Shown piece after piece: positions 63,357 through 64,000 of a DNA stretch of 64,000 nt. Both the position numbers and the translations under genes were made by a program. This DNA is from Bacillota bacterium (lineage in GTDB: Bacteria > Bacillota > Clostridia > Acetivibrionales > DTU013): assembly GCA_050261495.1 (NCBI GenBank), contig JBLNDI010000146.1, positions 1,357 through 65,356 on the forward strand, written 5' to 3'. Within the stretch, counting starts at the first letter, position 1. Each line of letters begins with the position of its first letter. The notes beneath the pieces were generated by a model, which was not told where the DNA came from, ran no database searches, and was given only the letters and a program-made list of their open reading frames with translations.

Positions 63357-64000
63357 TTATTCGAATATAACATCACTGCCGTTAAAAACAGGACCGTCCC
63401 TGCATACGTGCTTATACTCCCATCCGCCATCCTTGGAACGCATCTTCACCGCGCAGCCCAGGCACGCCCCGAAACCGCATCCCATACGTTGCTCAAGCGA
63501 AACCTGGCAGCGCATTTCGGCGGATCCCGCTTGCCTTGCAACCTTTTTCAGCATGGGAACGGGTCCGCAAGCATATATTATATCAAATTTTTCAACCTCA
63601 ATGTCTCTTTTTAATAAATCCGTGATAAAGCCCTTGATCCCGTAACTGCCGTCATCGGTCGTTATTTCCAGGGAAAGGGAATTGCGCCTGAATTCATCTT
63701 CCAGGACCATCAGCCCGGAGTCTCTGAATCCAAGGTATGACCTTTTTATAACAGCCTTGCTTTTTTCAAGGACATACAGCAGCGGGAAAATGCCCAATCC
63801 GCCTCCCACTACCGCAATTTTTCCGTATTTTATGTCGAGGTCAAAACCGTTTCCCAACGGCCCGAGCACATCCAGCGTGTCTCCTTCTTTCTTCCCGGAA
63901 AGCAATGCGGTCCCAGCTCCTATCTTTTTAAAAACCACGCAATATGTCCCTTCCGCCGCATTTGCAGAACAAATGCTCAAAGGCCGCCTCAGGAAGGCAT
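63357..64000 (-). CDS. pyrK: Dihydroorotate dehydrogenase electron-transfer subunit PyrK (N-terminus outside the window)
   Basis: FNR-like NAD/FAD domain and the C-terminal 2Fe-2S motif CGFGACLGCAV. The frame continues to the window edge. Confidence 0.9.
   Translation of the reverse strand, partial: AFLRRPLSICSANAAEGTYCVVFKKIGAGTALLSGKKEGDTLDVLGPLGNGFDLDIKYGKIAVVGGGLGIFPLLYVLEKSKAVIKRSYLGFRDSGLMVLEDEFRRNSLSLEITTDDGSYGIKGFITDLLKRDIEVEKFDIIYACGPVPMLKKVARQAGSAEMRCQVSLEQRMGCGFGACLGCAVKMRSKDGGWEYKHVCRDGPVFNGSDVIFE

Noticed and set aside
62652-63614. A 320-aa plus-strand ORF antisense to pyrD and the start of pyrK.
   Set aside because: This is a shadow ORF of two well-supported minus-strand genes. 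It has no recognisable motifs and no RBS.
1-64000. CRISPR arrays, tRNA/rRNA genes, prophage or toxin-antitoxin/defence islands.
   Set aside because: I found no regularly spaced repeats, no cloverleaf-like or rRNA-like conserved segments, and no phage structural, restriction, Cas, Abi or large NTPase/nuclease genes on either strand.

Overview
This is a 64-kb chromosomal segment from a Firmicutes/Clostridia-type genome. The call rests on GGAGG ribosome-binding sites, sigma-A TTGACA/TATAAT promoters, a SigI-RsgI pair, SLH domains and Cheo-type SOS boxes. Most of it is conserved housekeeping: trmD, rplS, rbgA, rnhB, yraN, iscR-nifS-nifU-mnmA, rarA, glyA, nifS-thiI, lexA/yneA, hfq-miaA-mutL-mutS-miaB and pyrD-pyrK. 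I found no rRNA, tRNA, CRISPR array, prophage or recognisable defence system. Four patches stand out. (1) A ~13.5-kb LacI-controlled carbohydrate island (666-13778) sits between trmD and rplS, which are normally adjacent. It encodes two small cupins, a CUT2-type ABC importer, a cyclase-family hydrolase, an MBL-fold lactonase-like protein, two SDRs, a split transketolase and a CoA-acylating (MmsA/IolA-type) aldehyde dehydrogenase. It has no kinase and no aldolase, so it is the best candidate here for an undescribed, non-phosphorylative transketolase-dependent pathway. A 12-14 bp palindrome (GAATACGTATTC core) occurs three times at its promoters. (2) An IS200-flanked GntR / Ddl-like ATP-grasp / C-terminally short lysine-2,3-aminomutase module (22066-25232) looks like a beta-lysine ligation system. 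(3) A singlet glycine riboswitch lies in the glyA leader and may act as an OFF switch. (4) A SigI / RsgI pair, in which RsgI has a disordered tail, is followed by an SLH-GH18-like protein and a TMTC-like TPR membrane protein, forming a cell-envelope module. Smaller observations are also recorded. A FlhB-C-terminal-like gene is missed by the ORF track because it lacks an ATG/GTG/TTG start. It sits next to a FliK-like protein with 27-bp in-frame repeats. A Xer-like recombinase has Leu in place of the second catalytic His. There is an orphan LarA homolog, and the yneA-lexA divergent region carries three SOS boxes. All functional calls come from reading motifs in the translated ORFs and from memory of the families; no database search was possible.
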